From: Truepera sp.
GTDB lineage: Bacteria; Deinococcota; Deinococci; Deinococcales; Trueperaceae
Direction: 5' to 3'
Length of the DNA stretch: 64,000 nt
Assembly (NCBI GenBank): GCA_965218435.1
Contig: CBDCKW010000005.1
Location: 320,001-384,000 of the forward strand
The position numbers and the translations under genes are program-made. Of the stretch, positions 17,517 through 27,442 are shown one piece after another; the stretch's first letter is position 1, and every line of letters starts with the position of its first letter. The notes beneath the pieces are model-generated. The model made no database searches, was not told the DNA's origin, and saw nothing but the letters and a program-made list of their open reading frames with translations.

Positions 17517-19267
17517 TCGATACCGCTGGTTTACTCAAGCGGCCTGCTGCAGCACACGCTCGAACGGTGCGAGCCGGGTTACTGACCTAGGCTTATCCAT
17601 AAGCCAATCAGCCACGCGCAGAAGGTTCATCGCTGACGCAGTCGCTAAATGCTGTAGGCGGGTCTTGGCGAGTCCGAAATAGCGTGAGCGTCGCATCCCG
17701 AATGCCCTAACCCCCACCGACATGGTTCCTTCAATGCCTGCCCGTTTGGCGTACAGCTTTTTGAACTCGGCTGTCCGTACCCATGCCCGCCACGCCACGA
17801 GTGCTTCATGGCGCTCCTGAGCTTGAAGCGTCACCGTACGCCTTGGAGCCGTCGTGCAATCTTTCTTAAAGGCGCAAGTTCGGCAGTCACCGATGCCAAA
17901 TTTGATCTTGATCACCGACCTACCGCGCCGATCTTGCGCGTCCGTCCAGCTCAGACTCGAGTTGCCTGCTGGACACGTCACGATTTTTGCATCCCAATCG
18001 ACCTTAAAGTGCTCTGCCGCGAATCCCTTACCGGCCCAGGCTTGCCAATGCTGGTCATGACGTGCAGGACCGATGAGTTGGACACCATGATCTTGCCTTT
18101 CACTGACAAGCAGATTAGCGCTCAGATAACCCATATCTACCAAATGCTCTTCTGGTAGTAGCTCACGGGCATCTAGAGCATCGTGAACAGCTTGGGTGAG
18201 GTCGAAGTCTTGCGTCGTAGCCAAGCTTGTTTCAACGTTTGTGATTACTAAAGGCCGATCCTCGTCGCACATCTCGGTTAGATGGACTTTATAGCCTACC
18301 CAGCTTACCGAGCGCTTTTGGCTATAGCGTGCGTCCTCATCGAAGGGCGAGCCGATAAACATTCGACCGGGAGGGATCTCCTCGTTACTGCGAAAGCGTA
18401 ACGTACCCGTGTCCGTCCAGGTAAAGTTTTGTACCCACACCCGCCACAATGTTTTGATTGCTGGTACGTCTTGCAGCCATGCCGGGGCCGTTGAGGCAAA
18501 TACGGTTTTCAATAAAGCCAAGCCGTCGGCAGCAATAGCCGCTTCGAGTGCTTCGCGTTCGGCCTTTTTAGCGGGTGTCAGGTCGTGTTCGAAGTTCACG
18601 CGGTTGGCATAGCGTGTTGACCATTCGGGATTGGCGTGTTCGATAAACCACTCAGGGGCAACCGTAGCGAGGACGTCGAGGGTGTGACGAAACGTCTGTG
18701 CGGTACAGGTGAGTCGGTTCAAAGCACGGACAGCGGCCAGTACGTAGGTCGAGTCGGTTCGCTGCTTCCCACGCGTCCGTAAGAGATTATGCGCACGAAA
18801 CCTCTCCAGGAGTTTCTCGAACAGTAGCGCTTCCGCTTTGCCTTCAATGAGTCGTGTGCGAAACTCGCACAACACGCTCGCATCGAAACCCGCATCATTT
18901 AGCGGCAGCGCCAGCAGGTACTTCAAGTCGATTCGCGACCGCACAGCATCGGCCATACGTTCATCACTTAACTTCTCGGCAAATTGCAAGATGGTGATGA
19001 GCGCAAGGCGAACAGGGTCTACGGCTGGACGTCCTTCAGCGTGGAACAGGGCCTGGAAGTCATTCCCTGAAAAGAAGTCGCCGAAGGTGTCACGGAGCAA
19101 AATGTAGCGGTTACCTTTGCGAAAAACAGCTTTGGCGACGCGGGTGGTGTCCTCAGGAACCTGGCTGATCGAACCGACTTTCAAGCTCATGGTTGGCCTC
19201 CACACTCAGCCTAGAGCATCCATGTGCTTATGCAAAATAGCGGTCGGGAGTAAACCAGCGGTATCGA
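17517..19267 (-). mobile_element. IS1182-family insertion sequence
   Basis: 20-bp perfect inverted match TCGATACCGCTGGTTTACTC (17517-17536 / 19248-19267) flanking the transposase. Confidence 0.92.
17535..19190 (-). CDS. IS1182 family transposase (apparently intact)
   Basis: FDASVLCEFR, RTDST, GYKVHLTE, DMGY, YAKRAGIEGT. Confidence 0.92.
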   Translation of the reverse strand: MSLKVGSISQVPEDTTRVAKAVFRKGNRYILLRDTFGDFFSGNDFQALFHAEGRPAVDPVRLALITILQFAEKLSDERMADAVRSRIDLKYLLALPLNDAGFDASVLCEFRTRLIEGKAEALLFEKLLERFRAHNLLRTRGKQRTDSTYVLAAVRALNRLTCTAQTFRHTLDVLATVAPEWFIEHANPEWSTRYANRVNFEHDLTPAKKAEREALEAAIAADGLALLKTVFASTAPAWLQDVPAIKTLWRVWVQNFTWTDTGTLRFRSNEEIPPGRMFIGSPFDEDARYSQKRSVSWVGYKVHLTEMCDEDRPLVITNVETSLATTQDFDLTQAVHDALDARELLPEEHLVDMGYLSANLLVSERQDHGVQLIGPARHDQHWQAWAGKGFAAEHFKVDWDAKIVTCPAGNSSLSWTDAQDRRGRSVIKIKFGIGDCRTCAFKKDCTTAPRRTVTLQAQERHEALVAWRAWVRTAEFKKLYAKRAGIEGTMSVGVRAFGMRRSRYFGLAKTRLQHLATASAMNLLRVADWLMDKPRSVTRLAPFERVLQQAA

Positions 19268-19277
19268 GATTCCGGAA

Positions 19278-20563
19278 GAGCCGCTAAAACGGAGACCAAG
19301 TTAAGCCTCTGCTGCACAATGGGAGGCGAGATGAAAGAACGCAGGGTCTACACCGCAGAATTCAAGCGCGAAGCGGTCCGGCTGAGCGACCAAGCCGGCG
19401 TCAGCGTGGTTCAGGTTGCCCAGGAGCTGGGCGTATCCGACTACAGCCTCTACAAGTGGCGCAAACAGGCGAGGGCGAGCGGCGAGTTGGCCTTTCCGGG
19501 GAACGGCAAGGTCGCTTTGACCGCTGAGCAGCAGGAGAACGTACGCTTGAAGCGGGAGCTCGAGCGGGTAACGCAGGAGCGTGACATCTTAAAAAAAGCG
19601 GTCAAGTTCTTTGCCGGGGAAAGCAAGTGAAATATGCCTTCATCAAGGAACACCGCGGCTCTTGGGCTGTCAGCTTGATGACCGGGGTGTTGGCGGTGTC
19701 GGTCAGCGGTTTCTACGACTGGTTGCGGCGGGGGCAGAGCAAGCGAGCCAAGGAAGACGAAACGCTGAGCGAGAAGATCGTGATGTTCCACTGTGGGGAA
19801 CTAGGCCCACGAGGGCCGGGCTTTGCCCGTTCTAGAGCCGCTTTACCTACGGTTCGCCGCGCATCCACAAGGACCTACGAGCTGCCGGACACAACGTCGG
19901 GCGCAAGCGTGTGGCCCGTCTGATGCGCTCAGCCAGCATCAGGGGCAAAACGAAACGGAAGTTCAAGACCACCACAACCTCCCAGCACGCGCGCCCTGAG
20001 GCGGTAAATCTCGTCGAGCAGAACTTCGATGTGGCAACCCCCAACACCCTCTGGGCCAGCGATATCACCTACCTGCCCACAGCCGAGGGCTGGTTGTACC
20101 TGGCCGTGACGCTCGACCTCTTCAGCCGCAAAGTCGTTGGCTGGGCCTTCTCCGACAGACTCACCGATGACCTCACCCTCTCGGCGCTGACGATGGCGAC
20201 GCGGCAGCGGCCCGATACGGCGACACTGACGCATCATTCGGACGGCGGGTCGCAATACGCCAGCCGCGCCTTTAGAGCCGAACTGAGGGCCAACCACATC
20301 ATGCAGAGTATGTCGGGTAAGGGCAACTGCTACGACAATGCCGTCGTCGAATCGTTCTTCGCCACCCTGAAAACCGAGGAGGTCGAGGGTGCACACTACG
20401 AAACCCGCCAACAGGCTAAAACCAGCATCTTCAGCTACCTCGAGGGCTTCTATAACACTAAGCGCAGGCACTCTTCCCTGGGGTTTCTATCTCCTAACGA
20501 CTTCGAACGAGTACACTTCGCTAGAGCTGCTTAACTACGACTCCGCGAAAATGGCTCAATATC
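19278..20563 (+). mobile_element. IS3-family element; orfA 19331-19630, orfB 19627-20534 disrupted by a 38-bp insertion
   Basis: orfA YTAEFKREAV; A7G slippery site at 19591; orfB WASDITY, HSDGGSQY, DNAVVESFF; right IR ends ATATCA; left IR degenerate. Confidence 0.88.
19798..19835 (+). repeat. 38-bp micro-insertion GAACTAGG...TTGCCCGTTCTA
   Basis: Removing it restores the orfB frame FHCG-SRFTYGSPRIHKDL; related copy at 27727-27766. Confidence 0.8.
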
Positions 20564-20650
20564 AAAGGCAGATGTACGGGCGTGCTAGCTTCGATCTCCT
20601 GAGAAAAAAGGTTCTGTTGGCAACCTAATCACACCTTTTGCGGCAGAGCC
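20564..20650 (+). pseudogene. ISL3 3' remnant (transposase C-terminus plus right end)
   Basis: RQMYGRASFDLLRKKVLLAT* followed by TTTTGCGGCAGAGCC, an ISL3-type end. Confidence 0.8.
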
Positions 20651-20660
20651 AAAGTTACAG

Positions 20661-20973
20661 ACCAAGCCCAAAGCATCACTGTATGAAGCCTTTGAACCCA
20701 AAGAGGCGCACCGACTTGCCGCAAAGCTCGAGTTACACCACACGTCTAAGCATGGCAGTTGGCTAAACGCCGTTGAAATTGAGTTTGCCGCGCTCAGCAA
20801 GCAGTGTCTGGACAGGCGTATCGCTGACCTGGCTTTACTCACCCAAGAGGTACGTGCCTGGACGCTCGAACGCAATCTGCTGGGCACGAAAGTCAACTGG
20901 CAATTCACGACCACTGATGCGCGTATCAATTTGGCTCGGCTTTATCCTGTAAACCTTTGTTGACGGACTACTA
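20661..20973 (+). pseudogene. IS630 transposase C-terminal fragment with right end
   Basis: Manual translation ASLYEAFEPKEAHRLAAKLELHHTSKHGSWLNAVEIEF...VNWQFTTTDARINLARLYP; ends GACGGACTAC-TA. Confidence 0.85.
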
Positions 20974-21024
20974 ATGGCTATCCTTGACACCTCTATAGCA
21001 AGTATTGCTACAAAACTTAAGCAC

Positions 21025-21279
21025 TTAGGGCTGAAGGTAGAACACCATACCCGCATGATAGAGCACGCCGTCCCTAAAGTCTCCGTCCGCCGTAAAACCC
21101 GTATCGTCCCAGTACTCGATATGGTCGCCGGTGACTTCGTAGCGCCCCTGATATGCACTTTCTTTAGCGCCGCGCGCCTCGTCATAACGACCGTTCGGCA
21201 AAAGCTCGTGACGTATCCGGCCATCCGCCGTTACCCACATTCCGACATAAGGATGCGTCACCGCAGCTCCCGTCATCAC
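21025..21279 (-). CDS. Atu4866-like small protein
   Basis: YVGMWVTADGRIRHELLPNGRYDEARG...YWDDTGFTADG. Confidence 0.85.
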   Translation of the reverse strand: MMTGAAVTHPYVGMWVTADGRIRHELLPNGRYDEARGAKESAYQGRYEVTGDHIEYWDDTGFTADGDFRDGVLYHAGMVFYLQP

Positions 21280-21857
21280 GGCGCGTTCTGCCTCTCGAAC
21301 AGCGGGGCAATCTCTTCGGGTTGAACGGTCCAGGCATAGTTGAGTTCATGGTGGATTTTCCATTCATTGCCGTTGCACGTCCAACCGAGCTGCGACCGGC
21401 CATCAAAAGCGATGACCTGACCGTCAAGGCGGTTGATCTGACCGACAAAACCCAATGTCGTAGAGGCGACCGTACCGCTGACAAGTTCGTCATCACCACC
21501 TGTCAGGGCGTGCCGGACCGAACGCGCGGCGTTTTGCAGGTCTTCCCAGTTCGCACCGTACGTTGCGCTATCGGTGAAGAGCTGCGTATCGCCCGGTGCG
21601 AAGTTGTCGTAGAACACGCCCGTAGGGTGCTCGAGATCGTAGTAACGCGCCATCTTCTTTGCAAAGGCGAACTCAGGATCACCCTCCCGGCGCTCCCAGC
21701 CTTCCATGATCCAGTCGGTGTGAAGCGCAAGTGGGGCGTTCGGTCCGGCTTGGGCACAAACATTTTCTTGCGCTAGCGCAGGACGAGACGTTCCTAGAAC
21801 GGTCAGCGCGACCACTGACAAGGTAGCTATTACCAACCTGATCCTTCTGTAAATCAT
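21276..21857 (-). CDS. Exported NTF2/SnoaL-like protein
   Basis: Signal peptide ending ALA-Q; C-terminal WKIHHE. Confidence 0.65.
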   Translation of the reverse strand: MIYRRIRLVIATLSVVALTVLGTSRPALAQENVCAQAGPNAPLALHTDWIMEGWERREGDPEFAFAKKMARYYDLEHPTGVFYDNFAPGDTQLFTDSATYGANWEDLQNAARSVRHALTGGDDELVSGTVASTTLGFVGQINRLDGQVIAFDGRSQLGWTCNGNEWKIHHELNYAWTVQPEEIAPLFERQNAP

Positions 21858-22016
21858 AGGTGTTTTCCTCCGTGTCAGGTGAAATCCCTGACAACCACTA
21901 TGATCGCGTCAGGGAGCCCAAAACGGATAGACCAAAGCCGCAGAATTATTGCACAATCTTCCAGCAGTGCCCGGTTTGAAACAGGCGCAAACAGCTGAGG
22001 GCGCTAAAGTAACCCT

Positions 22017-22970
22017 ATGATCGAAGCGATACCCAAGGAGCTTTTTAAGGTTACGAACCCTCCTGTGCTAAACCGACAAAACGAGCTGGCCCGTTTGCTT
22101 GATGAGCAAGTGACTGAAGACGGCGTTTATCCGACCACTATCCCCCGAGTTTCACTGATCCGTATGTCCAGACCGACCGAACCCCTCTACACGCTGCACA
22201 CACCTGCACTTTGCATCGTCGCTCAGGGTCAAAAGCAGGTGCTGCTGGGCGACGAGGTTTACCGCTATGACCATAACCAATACCTAATCGCCTCTGCTGA
22301 GTTGCCAGTGATCGGTCAAGTCACCCAAGCTTCGCCGGAAGCGCCTTACTTGTGTTTCCAGCTCGACTTTGACGCTACGATGCTCAGCGAACTGATGCTC
22401 GAGGCTAAATTAGCAGCGCCGAGTGACCAACCAGATTCAGGGTTGACCTTAGCTTCGGCGGCTGCTGCCCCGGACCTTCTTAGTGCGGCAGTTAGGCTTC
22501 TGCGCTTGCTCAAAACGCCCCAAGACCTCCCCTTCCTGGCACCCCTTACCGAACGCGAACTGCTCTACCGTTTGCTCACCGGTGAACAAGCCCAAAAGTT
22601 GCGGCAGATTGCCCTGGCTAGCAGTAAGTTGCAAAGAGTCAACCGGGCGATCAGCTGGCTTAAAGAACACTACCGTGAACCGTTCCGTGTCGAGACGCTC
22701 GCCGCGGAAGCTCATATGAGCCCCTCAGCGCTGCATCAACATTTCAAAGCGGTCACTTCAATGAGTCCCCTGCGGTATCAAAAGCAGTTGCGTTTGCAAG
22801 AGGCGCGGCGGCTGATTTTGGGAACGTCAGTAGACGTAGCTAGTGCTGGTTTTAGCGTGGGTTATGACAGTCCTTCGCAGTTCAGCCGTGAATATCGCCG
22901 TTTATTTGGTGCGCCGCCGCTGCGCGATACGGCTGAGCTAAAAGCGTTACAGATGCAACCGAAGACCTAA
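22017..22970 (+). CDS. AraC family regulator with AraC_N domain
   Basis: LCIVAQGQK; SPLRYQKQLRLQEARRL; VGYDSPSQFSREYRRLFG. Confidence 0.93.
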   Translation: MIEAIPKELFKVTNPPVLNRQNELARLLDEQVTEDGVYPTTIPRVSLIRMSRPTEPLYTLHTPALCIVAQGQKQVLLGDEVYRYDHNQYLIASAELPVIGQVTQASPEAPYLCFQLDFDATMLSELMLEAKLAAPSDQPDSGLTLASAAAAPDLLSAAVRLLRLLKTPQDLPFLAPLTERELLYRLLTGEQAQKLRQIALASSKLQRVNRAISWLKEHYREPFRVETLAAEAHMSPSALHQHFKAVTSMSPLRYQKQLRLQEARRLILGTSVDVASAGFSVGYDSPSQFSREYRRLFGAPPLRDTAELKALQMQPKT

Positions 22971-23298
22971 TTGAGGAAACTCGATTAACGTGGACAACAT
23001 GCCTGACGCACCCGCTCAGTTCGAACAGCTCCGGCCCTTCAGCTCCACTCGAGACCGCAACCTCTAAGCCATAGAACGCCTGCGACAAACCGGCCTCTAT
23101 GAAAGAGCTTTTGTTTACTGCGGTGCTGGCTATGATTGTACCCCTTGAATCCGAGTCGGGCCTCCATACGCACTCGCGGTGCAGTTTGGGATCCGTAGGG
23201 GTGGGAGCTGCTACCCAACAAGCGACCTGAGGGGGTCGGCCGAATAGTGACGCAGTCTCCCGGATACGACGTCGTAGTAGGGCAAGAAGATACTTTAG

Positions 23299-24217
23299 CT
23301 AGAAGCCATCTCAAAAACGAACTTACGGCTGCATAACTGTTAAAACAGCGGAATGGAACTCACCGATGAACAGTGGACGATACTCGAGCCACTTATTCCC
23401 GAGCCAATTCGACGCAAAGATGGCAAAGGTCGTCCTAGACGAGAGCCACGAGAAGTGCTTGAAGGTATCTGCTGGATTTTACGAACGGGCGCACAATGGG
23501 CTGATTTACCTGAACGTTATCCGCCGTACCAAACGTGTCATCGGCGCTTTCAAGAATGGGAGAGAAACGGCGTACTTCAAGGGGTTTTGGAGACCTTAGC
23601 GCAAGATTTAGAAGAACGCGGCGAACTTGACTTAAGCGAGTGTTTCATAGACGGCACCTTTGTCGCTGCTAAAAAGGGGGGTCAGCAATTGGTAAGACTA
23701 AACGGGGCAGAAGAGCCTTCAGCAGGGCGTATCATGCCGTCATCAACACCCATTGCGTCTATGACCAGATGCTACCTGCTGCTAACGGCTCTCTGGTAGC
23801 AAAGTCATGGCGGTATCAGACGCTGCTGGTACTTGCCTCGCCTTGCACGTTACATCTGCTTCACCACATGAAGTCAAGCTGGTACACGCGACTCTCGCAT
23901 CTCGACACGTCAGCGGCAAGCCTAAAAAGTTAATCGGTGATAAGGCGTATGACAGCGACCCGCTCGATGCTGAGCTAGCCGAAACGGGCGTTGAGATGAT
24001 TGCGCCCCATAGAAGAAACCGTAAAAAAGTAAAGACGCAAGACGGACGCAAACTAAGACGCTACAAAAGGCGCTGGAAGATTGAACGGCTCTTTGCCCAC
24101 CTTGGCAACTTTCGCCGCTTAGTCGTTCGTTATGAACACTATTCCCAAAACTTCTTGGCTTTCCTGCAGCTCGGTTGCATTAAATTACTGCTTAGGCGTT
24201 TTTGAGATGGCTTCTAG
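23299..24217 (+). mobile_element. IS5-family element (two-ORF type; 23353 to ~23700 and ~23690-24205), interrupted by a hairpin insertion
   Basis: 21-bp inverted match [45 protein letters not shown]5G6 slippery site, [15 protein letters not shown]. Confidence 0.92.
23708..23795. mobile_element. ~85-bp MITE-like hairpin inserted in IS5 orfB
   Basis: Splits the conserved GKTKRG(K)GSKVM and shifts the frame; imperfect terminal IRs CAGAAGAGCCTTCAGCAGG / CCTGCTGCTAACGGCTCTCTG. Confidence 0.6.
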
Positions 24218-24429
24218 TCGGGACTAACAGGCGGTTGCTGTTATAGAACAGGTCGTAGACCTCACCGGTTGTCCATAACCGGTAGCGTAAGACGGCGAGT
24301 TTCCGGGCTACGGCTCAGTACACCCACTAGGGCGGGTCCCGTGACCCTGATACGATGACAGCGCGATTCCTACTTTTAGGACCTCCTTTATCGAGGAGCT
24401 TAAGTCCGAAACGCTTGAGGTCGCAGTCT

Positions 24430-24615
24430 GGCCCATAGCGCGCCAGCTGATACTGCACGGCTTGCTCGAGTAGCGGCGTTAGCTCGACCCTGTCGCTCCG
24501 CCCCTGCCGGACCCCGCCGGCCCACGTTACCCATTCGGCCCTACTAGGACAAGCTTCACATCTCTCACGTGGTGGCACTTCGTCGCTCTACCCGTCACGT
24601 AGACGCTGACCGTGA
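24430..24615 (-). pseudogene. Decayed paralogue fragment of the 59125-59883 protein
   Basis: GVRQGRSDRVELTPLL resembles QVRRVRSDKRELEPLF; nucleotide similarity to 58706-58835. Confidence 0.55.
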
Positions 24616-24650
24616 CCCGCTCGAAACAAAACCCCCAAACAACCACAAAA

Positions 24651-24671
24651 TACATCTTATTAAGACGTACA
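24651..24671. promoter_or_regulatory. 21-bp conserved site, copy 1 (TACATCTTATTAAGACGTACA)
   Basis: Near-identical to 58930-58950 and the reverse complement of 59081-59101. Confidence 0.7.
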
Positions 24672-24688
24672 GCCCTGCCCCGCCACCC

Positions 24689-24922
24689 CTTGAAGAGAGT
24701 TTTGTTGGGCGTATTCTCGATGTCGACCGGAGCGTCGTGAGGACTTGGGGACGTATCCAGGCAGAGGCGAAACGGCAGGGCCGTACCCCACCAGCGATCG
24801 ACGCACTAATTGCAGCCACGGCCATCACCCATGAGCTAGTGCTGGTCACTCGGAATATTGAGGACGTGGCCGCACTCCCCGTCGAGACGTTGAATCCTTG
24901 GATGTTTGGAGACAGTGAATGA
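24689..24922 (+). pseudogene. vapC: VapC (PIN) toxin 3' half
   Basis: Identical by eye to the 3' half of 60207-60638; 5' half missing. Confidence 0.85.
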
Positions 24923-25160
24923 GCGACATCGGGGAGAGGATGATTCGTGAGTTGCAGGCGATTTGTAAGGTACCCGAGGCTTCTCAAACGCTAGGATTTA
25001 GTAAGAAAGCGCAACCGGTTTATGTGTTCGTCAAGCATTCACCAGAGAGCCTCTGGTACAACCGGGATAAAGCAGTAGGGGAGAACGTACCGATTCTCGA
25101 GCGTGACCTGACCGGCTACCTGGTCAACCTCTGGCGGTATGAAAGACAAGACGACGCGAC
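24689..25160 (+). repeat. 472-bp direct duplication (partner 60405-60876)
   Basis: Same sequence from CTTGAAGAGAG to GACGCGAC at an offset of 35716. Confidence 0.92.
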
Positions 25161-25485
25161 GGGTGAAGGAGTACCCAAACTCAACATCCAGGTCAGGGCC
25201 GATCAAGACTATGTGATTCAGTCGGGCTTCTCGACGAACTTCGCCCGCACTTTTCTCGCTGGCGTGTTGGAGCTCGAGCCTGGAGCCCTTAAAGAGCCGC
25301 TGACGCTGATCGTCGAGGACAACGCGGGCTCGAAAGCCAGACCTACCGTTTTTTGCCGGGTTGAGTCTAAAGGCCAGCGGATGACGCCGACGCTAAACCG
25401 CGAGACCAAGGCTGAAACACTTTACGATAAGGTTGTCCAGAAATTTGGCTTTGACAATCCGTATGCGGTGGGGGAGAACGACTAA
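24919..25485 (+). CDS. Hypothetical protein (188 aa), coupled to vapC
   Basis: ATGA overlap with the vapC stop; truncated second copy at 60635-60931. Confidence 0.75.
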   Translation: MSDIGERMIRELQAICKVPEASQTLGFSKKAQPVYVFVKHSPESLWYNRDKAVGENVPILERDLTGYLVNLWRYERQDDATGEGVPKLNIQVRADQDYVIQSGFSTNFARTFLAGVLELEPGALKEPLTLIVEDNAGSKARPTVFCRVESKGQRMTPTLNRETKAETLYDKVVQKFGFDNPYAVGEND

Positions 25486-25818
25486 CTATGTCAGGTTTGC
25501 GTTCTATGAGGTAGACCAAGTGGCTGGGATGTAGCCCGGTTACCTGACTGTACAGGATTACATTACCTTCCGAGATTCGCTGTTCTCTTCGGCGCGGCTG
25601 AAGTTGACGCAAGCAGGAAGCGTAACTCACGAGAGCGGCGTAAAGACAGGATGGAGGACAAGCTCGAGGCGCTCGTGCGCTTCTTTTGCCCTGAACCGAC
25701 AGGAGCTTTACGTAAAAAACTAGTGCCTACGCTTCAACCTGTTTAGGCGTCATTCTAAAAGCGGCATCTATATCCAAGAATGGAGTATAGTTACTTCAGA
25801 ATAGGAGTGCCTACCAAT

Positions 25819-26274
25819 ATGACGCTCGATGCCCCCATTTTTACTCCAACCCGCCGACCGAATACCTTACCTGGCCTACGAATACTTGGCCTTAGCGCCC
25901 GAAACGAAGTTCAGCTCGTTGAGATGCTTGGAGGTGGAATAGAGGCAGAACGCGCCGAGCAGCTGGCACAGTATCTAGACGTAAGCCTGACGGAACTACT
26001 CGAGCTGACCGGTATCAAAAGTAGTACCTACCACGACCGGAAGAAAAAGAGGAAACCTTTGTCTGCTGAGGAGTCAGAACGCCTCTACCGCCTAGCTAAG
26101 CTCGCTGAAGCAGCCGAAGCGTACTTTGAAGACAAATCTGCCGCGCGGCGCTGGTTAGAACACCCGAAAGTCGCCCTTGGAGGTAAATCTCCTCTGGTGT
26201 TTGGGCGTACGGCCGAGGGGTCGGCTTACGTACTGGCGTTACTTGGGCGGATGGCATATGGGGTCATTTCCTGA
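25819..26274 (+). CDS. Xre/MbcA/ParS-type antitoxin
   Basis: LSAEESERLYRLA...ARRWLEHPKVALGGKSPL...G; start may be 25780. Confidence 0.9.
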   Translation: MTLDAPIFTPTRRPNTLPGLRILGLSARNEVQLVEMLGGGIEAERAEQLAQYLDVSLTELLELTGIKSSTYHDRKKKRKPLSAEESERLYRLAKLAEAAEAYFEDKSAARRWLEHPKVALGGKSPLVFGRTAEGSAYVLALLGRMAYGVIS

Positions 26275-26771
26275 GCGTTGTCCCCACCTACCGGATCAGC
26301 GATGCACGTTACAGAGACAGCACCCTCTCTGGCATGGGGGCTTACCTTTATGGGGGCCGCTGGAACAGTCTGGGGCAGTATGTGGTCTACGCCAGTGGTA
26401 ACCTCAGCCTGGCGATGCTCGAGGTGCTCGTTCATATCGACGACGCCGAGGCGTTCGCTAGGCAAGCGCATGTCTACCAGCGTTTGAGTTTTGACAGAAC
26501 CCAAGTTGCGGTGATCGATGAAGCCGCCTTACCTGAGGACTGGAACGCTCGTCCGGAAAGCATTGAGACCCGAGGTATCGGTGATGAGTGGCTGGCGCGA
26601 CAGGAAACTCCAGTCTTGGCGGTGCCGAGCGTCGTAGTTCCCGCCGAACTACGTTTTGAGCAGGAATACTTGAACTACCTCTTTAATTCACGGCACCCTG
26701 ATTTCGGTGCCTCCATAAAGGTCGGCGAGCTTCGAACTCTAGACTGGGATCCACGGTTTAAGCGGGAATAA
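26271..26771 (+). CDS. RES-domain toxin
   Basis: YRI, GGRWNS, YAS, LEVLVH, VPSVV, NYLFN; the conserved YRI lies upstream of the first ATG (26334), so the start is uncertain. Confidence 0.85.
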   Translation: MSVVPTYRISDARYRDSTLSGMGAYLYGGRWNSLGQYVVYASGNLSLAMLEVLVHIDDAEAFARQAHVYQRLSFDRTQVAVIDEAALPEDWNARPESIETRGIGDEWLARQETPVLAVPSVVVPAELRFEQEYLNYLFNSRHPDFGASIKVGELRTLDWDPRFKRE

Positions 26772-27097
26772 CACGATCTACAAATTCAATCAGACCTTTA
26801 GCGGTTTGTGCTGACCTGCTTATTTCTCGGATTCAACAGCTCCTTAAAATACGGTTCGATTCCTGAAACGAAAGCTACCTTGAATTGCCCATAAGTGAAT
26901 CCGCGTCGGCACATACGGCTGACTAGATATGCGGCGGTCGCCAGCTTGCTTTAGCCGAAGAGACAGGGGAGCAATCCCACAGGGGCGTCGTGCTCTACAC
27001 TGGCGATCAGACCGTCCCGTTCGTGAAGGACCTCTACGCCTTGCCTATCGCCAGTTTATGGGGATAAATGGGTTGCTCTCACAAACTGTATACCTTA

Positions 27098-27442
27098 TTA
27101 GAGTACCTGTTTTCTATCTAAAGAGAAAAAGTCTAGTAAAACCCCGACAACAGCTTTCGCTTCTGGCTCGAGCCGCTTCAGAGTCGTTACAGCGGTAGCA
27201 TAGCCGTAGTTCTCAAACTTCTTTGCCGATGCGAAAAGGTTTCGGCTGACCTCTTTACTGGCGAAGTAGTCTGCCAGGCTCACAACGGGGTACCGGTTAA
27301 GTTGTTCAGCGATCTCTTGTGCAAGCGCCGCGCTCTCACTGCTCGGAGGGCCGTCGACCCTCTTTGAGGCCACGAGCCCCAAAGCCATGTTGACGATTTC
27401 GTTGGCTCGCTCTTTCACTGACGCGCCGTACTTTACAACCAT
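27098..27442 (-). CDS. Hypothetical protein, probably a 3' fragment cut by IS6
   Basis: Open frame abutting the IS6 remnant. Confidence 0.35.
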   Translation of the reverse strand: MVVKYGASVKERANEIVNMALGLVASKRVDGPPSSESAALAQEIAEQLNRYPVVSLADYFASKEVSRNLFASAKKFENYGYATAVTTLKRLEPEAKAVVGVLLDFFSLDRKQVL

